Assembly: GCA_964252035.1 (NCBI GenBank)
Contig: OZ176202.1
Length of the DNA: 64,000 nucleotides
DNA from: Podarcis erhardii
Lineage: Eukaryota
Strand: one strand, 5' to 3'
The position numbers and the translations under genes are program-made. A model generated the notes under the pieces. It searched no databases. It was given only the letters and a program-made list of their open reading frames with translations, and was not told where the DNA came from. This document shows positions 36,284 through 50,623 of the stretch, piece after piece. The number at the start of each line of letters is the position of its first letter. The first letter of the stretch is position 1.

Positions 36284-38798
36284 CTGCAGAAAGCAAAGAA
36301 ACTCCACATTATAAAGTCCTGAGTAAATTCAGACAGAAGGTTTATCAGGCATTTGTCTAGCTAAGGATCACAAACCTAGTAACAGATCTATCGTTACTAA
36401 CTTAAACATGTTCCTATCCAAATCTTCCCTCAAATAATTCACAAACAACTTGTAAAGAAATGCAGCTTTTCACACATTCATGGCTGAGATTGCCGCAAAA
36501 CAAAGTTAAGAACGAGAACAAAGAGTTAAAGTTTTTTGGGGTTGTTCTTTTTCAAAACAAGATTCCGAAAGAAAAGGAGCTGAAGACTTAGATGAAAAAC
36601 CACAGCTGAGAAGTCACATGAAGCAAATTAGCTGAATTTTAATGCCAGCTCTGCTTAAGTCTGAATGTGAACAGTGTTCTGCATATGATGAACAATACTC
36701 CTGTTCAGAGGCTAATAGCCTACTGCTGTTTTATAGATTGAAATCTCTATTCTAACCTTCTGAGCTCAATACATTAAACTATTATGTTGAAAGAGATATT
36801 TATGTAAATGATAATCTTTTGGTGAAGGGCCACAAATCTATGTGTCTGTGCTTCTCAACTTAAAAAAAAGGAAAACGCTCACCCACAAATTTTTGCAAAG
36901 TTACATGCCCTTAAAACCCAAGTTAGTTCAAAGACTACACATTATGCGATGGAGGCAGCAGTATTCTTGTTTTGGAACATCTGCTGCTAATAAACCTTAG
37001 TTTCTCTCAATGCATTAGTGGAAAGGACCACGGAGGAACAAAGTGACCATGATTTGCTCTCCAGAAACACATGTTCACACTAAGCCAAACTTTAGTGACC
37101 CAACCAGGCCAATATGTGCACATTATTTTGTGCCAAAACTGAGAACAGGAAGATGGGAAGTTGCCACAGAGTTAACGATGGTTTGTTGGTGCTCTTTTAT
37201 GTTTTGTTGACTGCTCAAACTCTCATGCACTATGAAGATTGTTTCGGTTAGGGATTAACACTGTGAGGTAAGGCACTCACATGCACACTACAGAATTTGG
37301 AAGCCTGAATTGCTTCTAGCTAAACTCCTTTTTATTTGTCTTCTGTTTATCAACAGTAGCAATTCTATCAACAGTAAGCCTCACTGAACACAAGTGGAAC
37401 TTGTTTCCAATGCATACACAAATTTGGGTTGTTCATTTCCATTTTTTCCAACTCACTTTTTCCTGGGGATTGTTGCTTTTTGAACTTCTGCTCTTCTTAT
37501 CTCCAAATTTTACAATTCACCCTACCTCGGCTCCTTCAACACAAGATTAGGATGAAGCCAGGCAGAGCAAACTACGCTTATCAGTTATACAAGGTAATTA
37601 ACAGAATGTTTTGTTTGTTCTTTCTTTTTTTATGCATCAATAATCTTTGCCTTGTATTAAGGAGACAGGTTACTCAGGGAGTTGAATTTTAAGGCTACAA
37701 GGAAGTTAGCAAGAGTAAGAGTAAACAGCAGGAATTTCTGAATGTTTCGGAATCAGAAAATCACGTGTGTGTATTTTTAGAAGCGCGGATAAATATAGTG
37801 TCAAATGGTGGATGTAAGTTCATCTATTACAAGGCTTCAGTGATGGTTTGAAGGACCTTCCATAAATACGAACCTTTTGTCTACTACAAAGACAGTTGAG
37901 ATGGTCAAAATAGAAAGATCAATCAGATGGTGGAAATAATGGGAATATAATAAATAGAAAGGGATTAAATGCATGGTTGTACTGAGAATGCTAGTTAAGA
38001 GATGGTCAGTATGAGAGGCTGGGTGTACAGTGACAGGGAGAAAGGTAAAGAGTCTGAGAGTATGGGTATTCTCCAATAAAGAGGACTGATGTGTGTGGGT
38101 GTGTTTATGTGTGTTCATGCTATAGGTTGTTTGGAAGTGTAGGCTGCTCATCTTGAAACAAAATTTGCAAATTCAACTATTACAGCTTGTTAAACAAGAA
38201 ACGAGGCAAATTAGCAATCAAGTAAAAAATCAGAAATAGACAGTTGATATCAGGCTTGTCGTACCACTGAGATATGTATAAGAACACTAAGAATGTAAAA
38301 TAAGGACAAAGTAAAATGGTGTACTAAACATATGCATATCATTTCTGGCAGCCAAACTAAGTAATTAGGGGAAATTAGATAATTGGGTATATTTTAAGGC
38401 AAGCTGAAGGGGAGAATGCAATGAACACAAGAAGGAATTTGCTAACAAAAACAAGGCACATCCAAATAACAATATCTGGGTAGTGCCAGAATACAGACAC
38501 GGCATATAATTTTGCAGAGAAGATGGCACATCACGTATGCTGCTGGTTTATTTCCTTTTTAAGGGTAACAGGCCATGGGGTGGGGTGGGAAGTACAGCTG
38601 GCTAGGCAAATGGTAAAAAAGGAGCAATGGACTGTCCTCCTTTCAAAAGCTTTGACCACTGTTTCTGTCCATGTGGACCCTTGGAGGCAGACTCCTTTTC
38701 AGCAGATGGGCGCAATCAACAGCAGAAAGTGTCTATCCCACCAACTGTTATGTTTATGCGCGTAGCTAAACTCTGAAATCCGCTCCCACACGAGCCAG

Positions 38799-39045
38799 CG
38801 ATGGCCACCAACTCAGACGGCTTTAAAAGAGGATTAGACAAATTAATTCTGTGACCTCTATGATCTCTAATGGAGGGTGAGGCTGTAAGTGGCCACTAGC
38901 CATGATGGTTATGATCTACTTTACAGGCAGTATGCCTGGGAATGCCAGCTGCTTGGAATCACAAGTCAGGAGAGTGCTGTTGCTCTCAGGTCCTTCCCAT
39001 AGTCATCCCACTTTGAGAAAAGGATGCTGGACTGGATGAGCCACT
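38799..39045 (+). mobile_element. CR1 LINE 3' fragment
   Basis: GATGGCCACCAACT...GCTTTAAAAGAGGATTAGACAAATT...GGATGCTGGACT matches the remembered squamate CR1 3' end. Confidence 0.7.
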
Positions 39046-42000
39046 GGGAGGTGGGGCAAGAAAATGTCAGGATAAGCTATGGGAGGGGGAAATGTTACAT
39101 ATTAGAAAAGTAGTTGTGAGCACACGCTAACACGTGGGTTGTATCTAATGCAGTGCCCTTGCAAGAAGACCCAAATTTCCCATTGAAATCAAAGTACCTA
39201 ACTCTTGTCAGGACTGCATCAAAGTGGCTGCTTTTGGATGCAATGCTAAGCCAGCTATATAAATTTTAACAAAAAAGTGCAACTTCAAAAAGCACCCCTC
39301 CATACAGACTCAATAGAACCTCATATATTTCTCCCTCTCTCTCTTAAACAAAACTGGTTAAAAGTGTCCTAAAATAGAAACCCGCTACCACCTACTGGAG
39401 AAGAAACCTTTTTTAAAAAAGAATTACCTTGTACAAATGTTCTCATTTTTAAAAAAGCACCCTACAAATCTCAAATACAGTTTATAGAATGAGTAATTAT
39501 CATTTGTCTAAATGTGGTACTGGAAAAGTAGACAGAAAATGCTCGAGTTTTCATTTCTCTTTTCTCAGTTATGTATATGTTAACAAAAAAAATCTCAAAT
39601 GATTTAGACAAAGGCTTTTAGCTCAACACATAATTGCAACAAAATTACAATAATTGTACCAATTAAAATAATCCTGAATGAACAGTTTGTCATCTTAATG
39701 TTCTGATGGTTTATAGAAGGATCTACTTAATTAGCTGAAATTGCTTTCCAGTGTTAGTATCAAATGTCATTTGTTAAAAGTTGAACGATTTGGAAAATAA
39801 TTTAACAAAAGCAACTTTACCAAACATCAAGAACCAACATTTTTTTCCCCAGCTGAATAAAGCAAGCAGATGTGTCATCAAATTGCTATAAAAATAAATG
39901 AGCCTTTTTATGGGAGGGGGGATTTAAACTTTACTACTGGTGCTAAAGATTTCTTATTCTGATTTTTTATCAGCTCAGATTTCTTTAATAAAACATGTAT
40001 CATTTATGCCTTCTCCTATTAACACACTGTAAATACTTTTTCAAACCCTACTAACAACCCAGAGAGACAGAAATATGTTCCATTTGCTAAAAGCAAAGTT
40101 ATAATGCAGAAGTTATATTATTTACCCCAGAAAAATGCTGTTTAATAGAACACACCAAATATTATCATTAGAACTGGTAAAAATACTGAGCAAAGCACAT
40201 TTATCTGCAGAACTTAAGACACTCTATATATACCCCAGGGGCACTTAGGGCTGTATCACATGAGAACATTTTCACTGTCAGAATAGAGCTTCCAAGGAAC
40301 ACAAGCCCACCTGAGACCCCCACCCCCCAAAGCTTTTTCAGACGTATTTTATAGTGTTCCTGCTGATTAGACTTCAGTGAGGTAGCTAGTGGGAAGCAAC
40401 TAAAAACCTCTCTCACATTCTTGCTGTCTGAAGATTATGCACGCCATAGTTTGCAAACCAGGAGTGGAATTGGTTAGTTTCAAGAAGGATTTACATCACT
40501 GCATGTGTAATTATATGCAAAAAACAGGAAGTGGAGTGAAATTTGGAAAGCAGAAGAAGAGCTCACATTCAAGAATTTGGCTTCTATTTGGAAACCATGG
40601 TTTGCTGAGTACCAAGCAATATACCTGCACTGGGCCTTGGAATTGTAAGAACAGACTCTCATTTACAGGTAGATGAATTAGTGTTTGTAGCTATGCATAA
40701 CCTGCAAGCCACAAAGAGTATCCCTCACCTATTTCAGTGTTTAAAAGTTACAGAGAAGCTACTGAAACGAACAGGAAACAAGCAGGAAGACAAATATGAA
40801 TTCTAGATTTAATGTTAAAACGCTGAATGACAGACCTCTTCACCAATATCATTGGTATGTTAGTGCCATCTGCTGGAAGATTAAAGGCAGTTACTAATGA
40901 AAAACAGGCTTCCAACTCTATACACATTTATCTGGAAGTTCCACCGAACTCAACAGGGCTTTCATCTGAATTGTACTGCAGACATATTCCGGCAGTTTAT
41001 CTAACTGGTACTAACAATGAACGTTAACCTACCATTACGACATACTACATTAGAAGGGCAAAGCTATTCAATCCAAATGGAGACCCTATAACTAACAGTT
41101 CTGTAGCTCGGGCGTATCTGACCTTGGCCCAAGTACTGCCAACCCTGCTGGAGCAAGCAGGCAGGCAGAAGCCCCAGCTACTATTGTTCTTTCTTGACTC
41201 TATTAGCCTGCTCTCATGGCAGGTTTTCTAATTCCTTGATACCATCTTGGCCGTGAGTCCTGGAAGATCTACAGGCCTTTTTCCACCTGGCCTGGGAACG
41301 CAGGGCCCTGACTGACTCCAGCTGCAGAAGCTGAGGCTGCTGAACAGACTCTTGCACAGGGGTGCTATTTCAGGTTTTTTTGTTGGGGGAAGGGCTGCTG
41401 CTGTTATGGATATTATTTTTTTTGTATCTTTATTTTTAGATCATACCATGATTTATGTTGAAATTGTTTGGTTCGGCTGCGCACCTGTTGATGTGTTTTA
41501 TTGTTTATGACTAATTTTCTTACGCGTGTAATTATGTAAATTTCTTCATGTCAAAACCATGCTCAAGGTGGCTTACAACTATGGAAAGGTGGCACACAAA
41601 TAAAATGATGAATGAATGTATCAAAGGAGTATCCCAAAAGGGAACAAGGACACACAGAAGGTAGTAAATGTGTTTAATCCCGTACTTAGTATTTGTGTGA
41701 TGTGTAACATGTAACAAGTTTTTGAAAACCTTAACGTGCATTACCTAGTCATAATCCTTATATCTACTCTATGGGGTGAATCAACGTCATTATCCCACAC
41801 CCCATGGCAGAGGTGGACAACTGCCCAAAGAAAGCCTATTCAGTTCATGGCAGAGTAGAGATTAAAACTAGTTACTATACAACAACTAATTACTATACTA
41901 CAACTATTCCTTACAGTTACGTATGTTCCCAAAAAGATATGGATGGATAGAGGGGATAATACCATTAGATTATGTTATACTGTGTCCTTGCTGCTTTTCC

Positions 42001-42113
42001 AATGATGGACAAAAGAAAAAACTAGAAGACAGTAACAGCCATTAATGCCTTACTCTCTTCATTTAACAGATATAATTATACCCCATTCTGTTAACGAATC
42101 ATAGTGCCTAATC

Positions 42114-42248
42114 CAGGCATGACCAAACTTGGCCCTCCAGCTGTTTGGGGACTACAATTCCATCATCCCTGACCACTGGTCCTGTTAGCTAGGGATGATG
42201 GGAGTTGCAGTCCCAAAACAGAAGGACAGCCAAGTTTGGCCATACCTG
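42114..42248. mobile_element. hAT-Charlie-like MITE
   Basis: 20-bp TIRs CAGG(C/T)ATG(A/G)CCAAACTTGGC (18/20); same internal core as the 28049 copy. Confidence 0.7.
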
Positions 42249-42524
42249 TCTCTTTTAGCATAGTAATTAAGAATCACAAGTTATAGTAATCAAAAATAGT
42301 AATAGCATATAACAAATAATCACACCTTATTTTGTGAGTTTGAAACATTTGCCCCAACAAAGCAAAGCATTCAGACATATGCTAATTTCTAAGTACCAGA
42401 ACGCCAAAATAATTTACTCCCATCTACTGTGGACATTTACTTTCTCTCACCCAGGAAACAAAGATAGTTAAATCCTGACTTTTGAACACCCACCAAGAAA
42501 TGGAAATTTCAAAATCACGCCTAC

Positions 42525-42687
42525 CTCTCATAGATAGTTTTTAACGTTAGCTGATCTGGAACACCTTCTGTTTCTTCCAAATACAATATGAGCCAAGAGG
42601 TCCTGTATGGCCACTGTTCTGTCAAGTTGATCCAGCTAGCCAGTCTATCCCAGTTGAAAGTGATCTGATTAGCTCTCAGTAAACGAC
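42525..42687 (-). CDS. KIDINS220: KIDINS220 exon ([19 protein letters not shown]...KTIYER)
   Basis: 163 nt, phase 1-2. Confidence 0.98.
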
Positions 42688-43904
42688 CTTTAAAATATGA
42701 AAGGCTGTGTAGGTAAAATTTCAAAATCCACAGCTGAGCCATACCTTTATTTGGACCAACCAAAATGTCACCAACAACCGAGCAAGTTCTGAGTTCACAG
42801 GAAGGAACTTAATGGCCACATATGGACGTGACCCGAAGTCACAAGCTGTACTGTGCATAAATCCTTCAAGTGGGGCAACAAAGCATACAGCAACTGACTC
42901 AGCATTGTATCTAGGCCAGGGTTCATGGTTTGTGTTCCCCAAAACAAACCACAGTTAGGAAATCAGGAATAAACCTTGCCTTCATAATCTGAAACCACAT
43001 TTCATTTCTCTTCTGCAACAGGTTTCCCCTTTCTTTCTCCTCCCACCAGCCTCCCAACATCTGATTCTGGAGATGCATGGAAGGCTATAGGAGGAAGGGG
43101 AAGAAGTGGAAGCCCCAGTGCACGAGTAGAAGCTCGTTCTGTTCATGCACAGATAAATGTCACCTCATGTACTTTATACTACCTGTGCTTTGCTTTTCTC
43201 AAGTTAGCTTCTCTGATTATACCAATTTGTTGAAAAACCTGATCATTCTGTAATTTTTCAGCCAACTTCACTATTGAAGGGTGATAAAAAGCTCGATTGA
43301 ACCCCAAAAACCATTATGCCACAGCAGGCATGCCGCCTTGTTCCCACGACTTCGAAGGCTGCATGATATCAATGCGGCATGCGCACATGACATCAGCACG
43401 CCCTGCACCATGCTGACATCACTTTTGCACATCACAGGGTGTGCAGCCACCACAGAACTTTGTGTGGACCCTTCAATGAAAATTTGAGGCCTTGGCCCTC
43501 ACAGCTCCAAATAGATGGCGCCCCTGCACCACAGGTTGATCACTAACCGTAAATAGAAAAATCAAACAACTCCAGCAGCCATAGTTTGGCTCATCTGACA
43601 CTGCCCAAATTTTCTCTGGATAATTTGACTTTTATGCAGTTTTCACCGTCTTATCGTGAAAACAGTGTGTAATGAATATGGTGTAAATTATTTGATTCCT
43701 CATCACACAAAGTCTCATTTCCATGGCTCACTCTAGAAGACTAGGGAGGAACTGCGGACTTGCTCTCCATGAACATGTAAACAGTTTTTCTTTCCTAGGG
43801 CAGCTAACAGACTATGGTACATGGCTGACATGCTACACATAGCATGGAAACTGTAGGTTTTAAATGTCTCACTTTGATATGTAAAGTATAATAAGGAAAC
43901 ACAC

Positions 43905-44049
43905 CTGTCACAGAAACAATATTTAGCAATCGCCTCATTGTCTGCGGGCTAATATCACTGAACCAGTCTTCTGTAACCAAAAGCTTAGTCAGATCAAAAG
44001 ACATTTGACGTGTAATGGTACGCTGAATTTGTCTTCTTCTGTAAGTGTC
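43905..44049 (-). CDS. KIDINS220: KIDINS220 exon ([24 protein letters not shown]...IVSVT)
   Basis: 145 nt, phase 0-1. Confidence 0.98.
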
Positions 44050-44853
44050 CTAATTTTGGGGTGTGGGGAGAGAACACAGGTATTATTTGTATGAACTGTT
44101 TTCATGTTTTACAGTCTACCAAAAAGGCAAGATGTTATATTAGTGCATTCAGAGGTGAACAGAGTTGGACAAACACCAGGAGTCAGTAAAGTACTTCGAA
44201 ATGTCTCACCAAGAAAAAATATGTAGGTATTTCTTGCAATAATTTTCATTTCAGTGACACTTTTAAAAAAAGTTAGTGATGTTACTGTCCACAATATAAT
44301 ATTTCTATATCATAGATTCAAATGCTTATGAGATGTATAGCTTTCAAAAGTGTGCACCTATGGAGCTTAAAGATCTCAATGTAAGAAACAAATCAGAAAT
44401 TTACTCATATGTTTCTTCTGAACATTCTAAGCCTGCTTGTTAGCAAAAGCTGTATCAAAAAACAACTTCCCAAACATAATACTGAATCAATATGTCCTAT
44501 TTTAAGGTTTCTATGCAGATATTTTTATTATTAGATTTGTTCCTCTCTTACTATGTTTGCTTTTGACGTATATATTTTTGTAAGATGCCTTATGAGGGTT
44601 TACCCTAAAGGCAGGACATTAAATGACCAACATGGTTGATCTGGTCTTGCCAAGCACCACTTTCTAGCAGCAATTTGTGGACCCAGTCCAGGGTCCACAA
44701 AGCCAATGAGCTTAAAGAATTTTGCTACATCTGAAGCCAGTTTATGAATATGAACCCAGAATACATGACCTAAACAGCTGTTTGCTAAAATGCATAACAA
44801 TAATTTACATGTGTAAATTATGTGTAAAAGATTTCCAACTGGCCATTTCTTAC

Positions 44854-44942
44854 CCGCCTGTTGAGAGCTGTTTTGCTTCCAAGCTTGGTCACATCTCCCA
44901 GGCTATTCTGTGAAACCCTTCGATCAACATCTTCATGGAATC
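44854..44942 (-). CDS. KIDINS220: KIDINS220 exon ([30 protein letters not shown])
   Basis: 89 nt, phase 1-0. Confidence 0.97.
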
Positions 44943-45093
44943 CTAGGAAATGTCTCTCATTAAAACACATTTTCATTTTACCATGCAACAGATGATTTCT
45001 ACTAAGTGGTAATCGTTCAAATATTTATGCTATCTTTTTTAAAAAAACACCACTATTGGCATTTGATGCCTGATTATTTATAATACACTATAC

Positions 45094-45337
45094 CTGCACC
45101 ATCTGAGTATGGGACGTCTCCATTTGTGGTTGCGGCTACCATCATCTTTTTAGCACTACTGAGTCCACGGCTGTTAAGAAAGACAGGTAAGTGTACGATA
45201 TTTCTCATGTAATCATGCCCATTTATATTTGAGTCACGGAGCACACTGTTCAGGTTCTGATTAATTGCCTTTATGATGATGTGTGGGTCACTAGCAAAAA
45301 TTGCAATAAATGGGCCTTTTGAAAACAGGACTCTAAC
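45094..45337 (-). CDS. KIDINS220: KIDINS220 exon ([10 protein letters not shown]...VPYSDGA)
   Basis: 244 nt, phase 0-1. Confidence 0.98.
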
Positions 45338-46241
45338 CTGTGAAAAGAAAAAAGAAAAATGAATGAAATCATTCAAAATATGTATCCCATGGGTGGTCTA
45401 GCCACAGTAAAGATGGCACAAGTGGCTCAGGTAGCAAGGCTTTCATGACACTCCTAGAGTTGGAAGACCACTAAGGCTCACCCCGAACCCCCCCCCCCCG
45501 CCACTGCCCATTTCTTCTGTACTGGGTTGCTGCCCACTCCCAGTTCAGCAGGAAGTAAAATGTGGAAGGGGGCTGCAAATATGTGCTGTGGTGTGCATTG
45601 TGAACAGCACACTCATATATTGCCACCACAGGAAGCAAAGGATTCTGCTGAGACACAAAGTTTATGGAACACAGATTGGGTTGGATCCAGAGAAGTACTT
45701 GCACAACAGGGCTCTCCCACTTTCATCTTGTCACTTCAGCCCTTCACGCTCTACAAGAAGTTGCCTTCTGGGATATTTTGGGATGTGACTAATGGAACTG
45801 CTGAAGGGGGTAGAAATGGCAGAAATCAGGAGGAGGGGCTGTTGAGTGCCTTCCACTCATGCAAGGGATTCTCTGGATCTTGTTGCTGTTGTTTCTTCAG
45901 GTTAGCTCACAAAGGGAGGGCGGGGATGAAATCACATGCCACTTTTCAATGTTATAGTTCCAAAACAATTCACACAATCTCTTCAGGCAAAGATCTTAAC
46001 TTAGGAGCAAGCCCCCAATATAGGTGGAACATAGGCTTGGGCTGTGAGTTCCACTGAAAGCAAATCAACTCAAAACAGCTAAATTATTCCATTGGTTTTG
46101 GTAAGATTTAGTCACAACTACTCAGTCTGGATTGAAACCAAATATAAAGGAAATCTTATTCTCATATACTTGACTGACTTCAGAACACTCAAAGTGTTTG
46201 ATTGCCCAAGAGCACTCAAAGGTAAAATAGTAGTTACTTAC

Positions 46242-46382
46242 TGTGTCAAGCATCTGTAAAACTTTGTCCTGCTCACATGCATCCAATCCATCAATAATTA
46301 CCGCAAGCCTGGTTTGATTCTGAGTAAAGCTATCAATGGTTTTTGCCATCTTTGCCATCAGTTCCACTTCACATTTAAGAAC
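46242..46382 (-). CDS. KIDINS220: KIDINS220 exon with KAP-NTPase Walker B (AVIIDGLD)
   Basis: 141 nt, phase 0-0; [14 protein letters not shown]...VLQMLDT. Confidence 0.98.
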
Positions 46383-46730
46383 CTATCAAAATAAAAGTAG
46401 TGTTAAAACGGTAGTGTTACCATCCTCCAACACGAATCTCATTGAAATGACACATTTTGCTTTCACTGTTTAAAACAGTGAACCCCTTTTGCACAAATGT
46501 ATTCCTTAGGTTCACTGGGAATTAAATATAAATCAAGACTGCTTAGAGGTTTTATTTACAATTAAGTAGTGTACAAATTCTATTAAATAAAAAAGACAGA
46601 AATGTTCAATGATATAACTGATGAAGTGCTTTATTCTCATGACTCCCCACCTTTTAAATTTTAAGTTAAACAAGCACCATACAATTCAAAGCACCTGCCA
46701 CAGTTTTTATGACAATATAATAATACTTAC

Positions 46731-47020
46731 TTTCATAAACCCCTCACTTTTCAGCTTGTGTAGCTTTGAAGCAGCACTATGAAGCCGTTTTCTCTGTGAG
46801 TTCAAGACTGAATCCATCACTCGCCACCACGTGCGACAGTTCAAGATGAAGCCCAAACCCACAACACATAGAAATGATATCAGAATAGCATTCACTGTCA
46901 TGTTTTCAGGATTCACTTTAAAATAAGCTAGAAGAGTGATCCCAGCAACAATGCAGCTCAGAATGAAAAGGAAAATAACGAAGGATGGGAGGCAACAAGT
47001 TTTCTTCCATTTCTTTTTAC
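46731..47020 (-). CDS. KIDINS220: KIDINS220 exon with TM3 and TM4
   Basis: 290 nt, phase 1-0; [14 protein letters not shown]...SEGFMK. Confidence 0.98.
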
Positions 47021-47786
47021 CTATGAAACAAACCAACAACTGCTAAGCACTTTTCTACGTTCAGCAGGAAACTCAAGTACCACCACCAAAATTTAACAGT
47101 CTGATATTTTAAAACTGAGATGAAATTAGAAGAACAGCAGCTATAGGAGGTTTTTAAGCAGAACCTGTCATCGAGGCTTTAGTCGAGATTCCTGCATCAC
47201 AGGGCGAGGATCCCAACTCTATGATTCCATGATATTCTTGAAAAATATTAACATGAGGTACCTTCACTTTCCCCCATGGCTTCAAAATGAGTTATGTGCA
47301 CAAGTTTCAGAAATCCTTGTCCACGGGTGAAGAATGTGTGGCCCTCCAGATGTTTTTGGCCAACACCTCCCATTGTCCCTATCTACTAGCCATGCTAGCT
47401 AGGGCTGGTGTGAGCTAGCTAGCATCCAACAACACTTCTATCTTAGCTGTTATATGAACTACACACAGAGGATCGCTTATGAGGCCAGGCTAAAAGAGCA
47501 AAAGTAATGACTCTCTCCTGAAAAAAAATACAGATCCAAATAAGATCCTGAGGATTTTACAGATCTTTGGAGAGCTTCACGTTATGTGTTATTCTTTCCA
47601 CAACTGCTAAGTTTCAAACATTTTTATACCATGGGGATATCTGCAGACCTTCTAGCTTCTTCCATTTATTATACACTTTCTAAATGTTTCAGGGAAAATA
47701 TATTTGCGAAGCAGATGCATTTTTCCATTGTTACAACAGAAATGGGAGAAAGCAGTGATTTGGTAAAATAATAATAATAATAATAC

Positions 47787-47938
47787 CTTGAGTATCTTCA
47801 GTCTTGAATACTCGGAAAAGACGTGTTGCTAAGAAACCAAATTCCCTCTCGCAGGCATCGGAGAGTGTGGCAATCATTTCAGCCATTGAAGTTTCTCCGC
47901 CAACACTGGATAGCCTGTTGTAATCTGTAAATAAAAAT
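47787..47938 (-). CDS. KIDINS220: KIDINS220 exon ([10 protein letters not shown]...KTEDTQ)
   Basis: 152 nt, phase 2-1. Confidence 0.98.
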
Positions 47939-48750
47939 CTGAAGACAAACACATGAAACAGTTTGATTGCTATTGGCTGATAGAATAAGCTTTTTTCTGT
48001 CATTAAGATACACATCTTTAAACTGCTAGGCTGCTTTTAATACAGTAAACTTCTGTATTTTTATTTGCCACTCCTCCCCTGCTTTTAAAAAACATGCAAT
48101 GACAGTTCTTAACTTCTACACACTTCTAACAATGTTATACAGGAATTATTTCAACCAAGTGCTTAATCAGGACTCCAGGGTTTAGAGTAGACTCACTAAA
48201 ATTAATGGGCCTAGATTAGTCATGTTCATTAAATTAAATTGGTTTACAATGAGTAGGTCTACTGCTGGCTGCAACCCCAGATATGTCACAAAGGCATGTC
48301 ACTCCATGCAGAATTGCAGCCTTAGGGAAAATCCAACAAAGTGTTAGTAACTGTATTTTGATGAAGAGCTTCCTAGCACGCCTAGGAAAATATTCTGCAG
48401 TTTTACTGGCGAGTTTGCCAGCGATCCCAACAATATTTCTCTCTGTTGCTGCAGGACAAGATCTCAAGGAACCAACCCACTTAGACATTTAAAAATCCAA
48501 ATACAGGCAGACAGACACACACACAGGATGACAACATTTACACAGCGTTGCCACCTGAGGAATTTCAAAATTCAGTTCCAAGAGATTTTAGCACAATAGA
48601 ATGTTGAAAAGAGAATGTTGCCTATTTCTATGCTGTGTGGACAGTCCTACACAGGTAGGTGGCTGCATAGTCAATCTAATTAGAGTATTGGCTAAAGATC
48701 CCAGATCAGTTGATCTCCATGAAACTTGGTCTCAGATGAGCATTCAACTA

Positions 48751-48988
48751 CAGTGGTACCTCAGGTTAAGTACTTAATTCGTTCTGGAGGTCTGTACTTA
48801 ACCTGAAACTGTTCTTAACCTGAAGCACCACTTTAGCTAATGGGGCCTCCTGCTGCTGCCACGCCGCCGGAGCACAATTTCTGTTCTCATCCTGAAGCAA
48901 AGTTCTTAACCTGAAGCACTATTTCTGGGTTAGCGGAGTCTGTAACCTGAAACATATGTAACCTGAAGCGTATACAGAGGTACCACTG
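48751..48988. mobile_element. Tigger/pogo-like MITE (CAGTGGTACCTC family)
   Basis: TA-flanked; TIRs and body nearly identical to 13959-14184. Confidence 0.9.
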
Positions 48989-49070
48989 TATCAGACTTCT
49001 TTCTTTTTTAAAGCAGATGCTCTCTGATGTGATTCACAACTAGAAGAACAAGATGTGAGATTATACTAAC

Positions 49071-49236
49071 CTTACAGGTAAGGCTTTAGTTGTTTGCTCT
49101 GGCAGCTCAGGTGGGTTCACAAACATAAGTTTAAGAAGCAACTCCATGTAGCCAATATGTCTTGCCAACCTTGTACTTAACACCCATGCCCAATTCCAGT
49201 TCTCTCCTTCTCTTCGGCTACCAAAGTATATCACAG
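49071..49236 (-). CDS. KIDINS220: KIDINS220 exon ([18 protein letters not shown]...KALPVR)
   Basis: 166 nt, phase 1-2. Confidence 0.98.
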
Positions 49237-49936
49237 CTAGAAGAAGACGTTTTGCAAATACCCTCCATGTTAATAGCAGTTACGGGTTTAAAACAGGAAA
49301 CCAAATCACAAACCCTTTTGACACCAATCACATTTTAACTTTTGTCATTGCTATATATTTTATTTATATGTTATCAACTATTTTCATTTAGTTTCACAGC
49401 GTATTTCTGGATAAAGCATGACAAAAGCAGTTAGCTCATACTTAACAATCCTAATTCTTGAGTTATGTACACATCCAAAAAAAATTCTGAGCTTCTTCTG
49501 CAGAATATGATGCTGCAGACCCCAATGTTATTTCCCATTTAAAAGCTAGAAACAATAACACCCAACTTTTCACAGGTGGGGTGAAAATTTGGGACATGCA
49601 AATTTTGGTGCATGCATATTTCTTTAAATCATTGTCATTGATAACGTCGTGGAACAGTAATTAATAATCTTCAAAATTAATGGAACATTGTATTTCTGGA
49701 GCCAAAAGAAAGGTACTGGCCTCCTTCTCAATTTAACAAATATTTGAAACCTGAGTATTGTAAATATTTAGCTACCCTTATTTTTGTGATAGTGTACTTG
49801 AATACATCATATATTGAAAATCCACGTTTCACAATTTAGTTCAACATCCGAACAGTTTCATTTCGTGGACTAAATTTCAGCTTAATTCTGGGCACATAAT
49901 AGGTTGTAATTACCAGTAATTCAATTTAAGACTTAC

Positions 49937-50116
49937 TAAAAAAGACATATAGCAGTGCCAGCAAGCTCAGTGCCACTGCTATTCCAAGTTTTGCATCCAA
50001 AGTGAATGAAAGCAGTAAACCAACACCACCACACAACAAAAGTGTAAGGACCACAATCAGCCAGGAAAATTGGAACAAAGGTTCAATCTGCTGCCCAGCA
50101 AAAGTTTTCATTTCAT
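49937..50116 (-). CDS. KIDINS220: KIDINS220 exon with TM1 and TM2
   Basis: 180 nt, phase 1-1; [19 protein letters not shown]...LLYVFF. Confidence 0.98.
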
Positions 50117-50458
50117 CTAAAAAAAGAGAAAAGAAAAGAATTGATCAAAAGATAATTCTAGAGGCGGTTATCTGTATGGCTACAATTGCTCCCTTGCAGA
50201 ACAATCTACCGTTTTAAAAGAAATGAATTACTCTTCCATATTATCTTCCATTAGAAAGCATGATAAGGAAGGGGTGACTAAGAAGAAGGGATGGGGGGGG
50301 GGATTAGATTCAGTTTGTACTTTAAGGCAAGTCTACCCAATACACATCCTGCAACAATACAATAACTGAAACACAGCCATCCTTAACAATTCTAACTTCT
50401 CCGAATTTCGCGGTGCAGATCTTTCATATAAAAAAGCATAAACTGGAGTGATTTTTAC

Positions 50459-50623
50459 CTTCAAGTTTCTTGAGCAGAAAAGATTTCCCACTCCCCCATT
50501 GGGCATACAGCCCAACACAGATGGGAGGCTGCATAGTTGGCTCACTAAGAATGTCGGCTAGTGCACTGCTATAAAGATCATAACCCAGCATATCTCCATC
50601 AGATTCTGTCGGAGATAAGTGTC
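50459..50623 (-). CDS. KIDINS220: KIDINS220 exon with KAP-NTPase Walker A ([11 protein letters not shown])
   Basis: 165 nt, phase 1-1; [18 protein letters not shown]...LLKKLE. Confidence 0.98.
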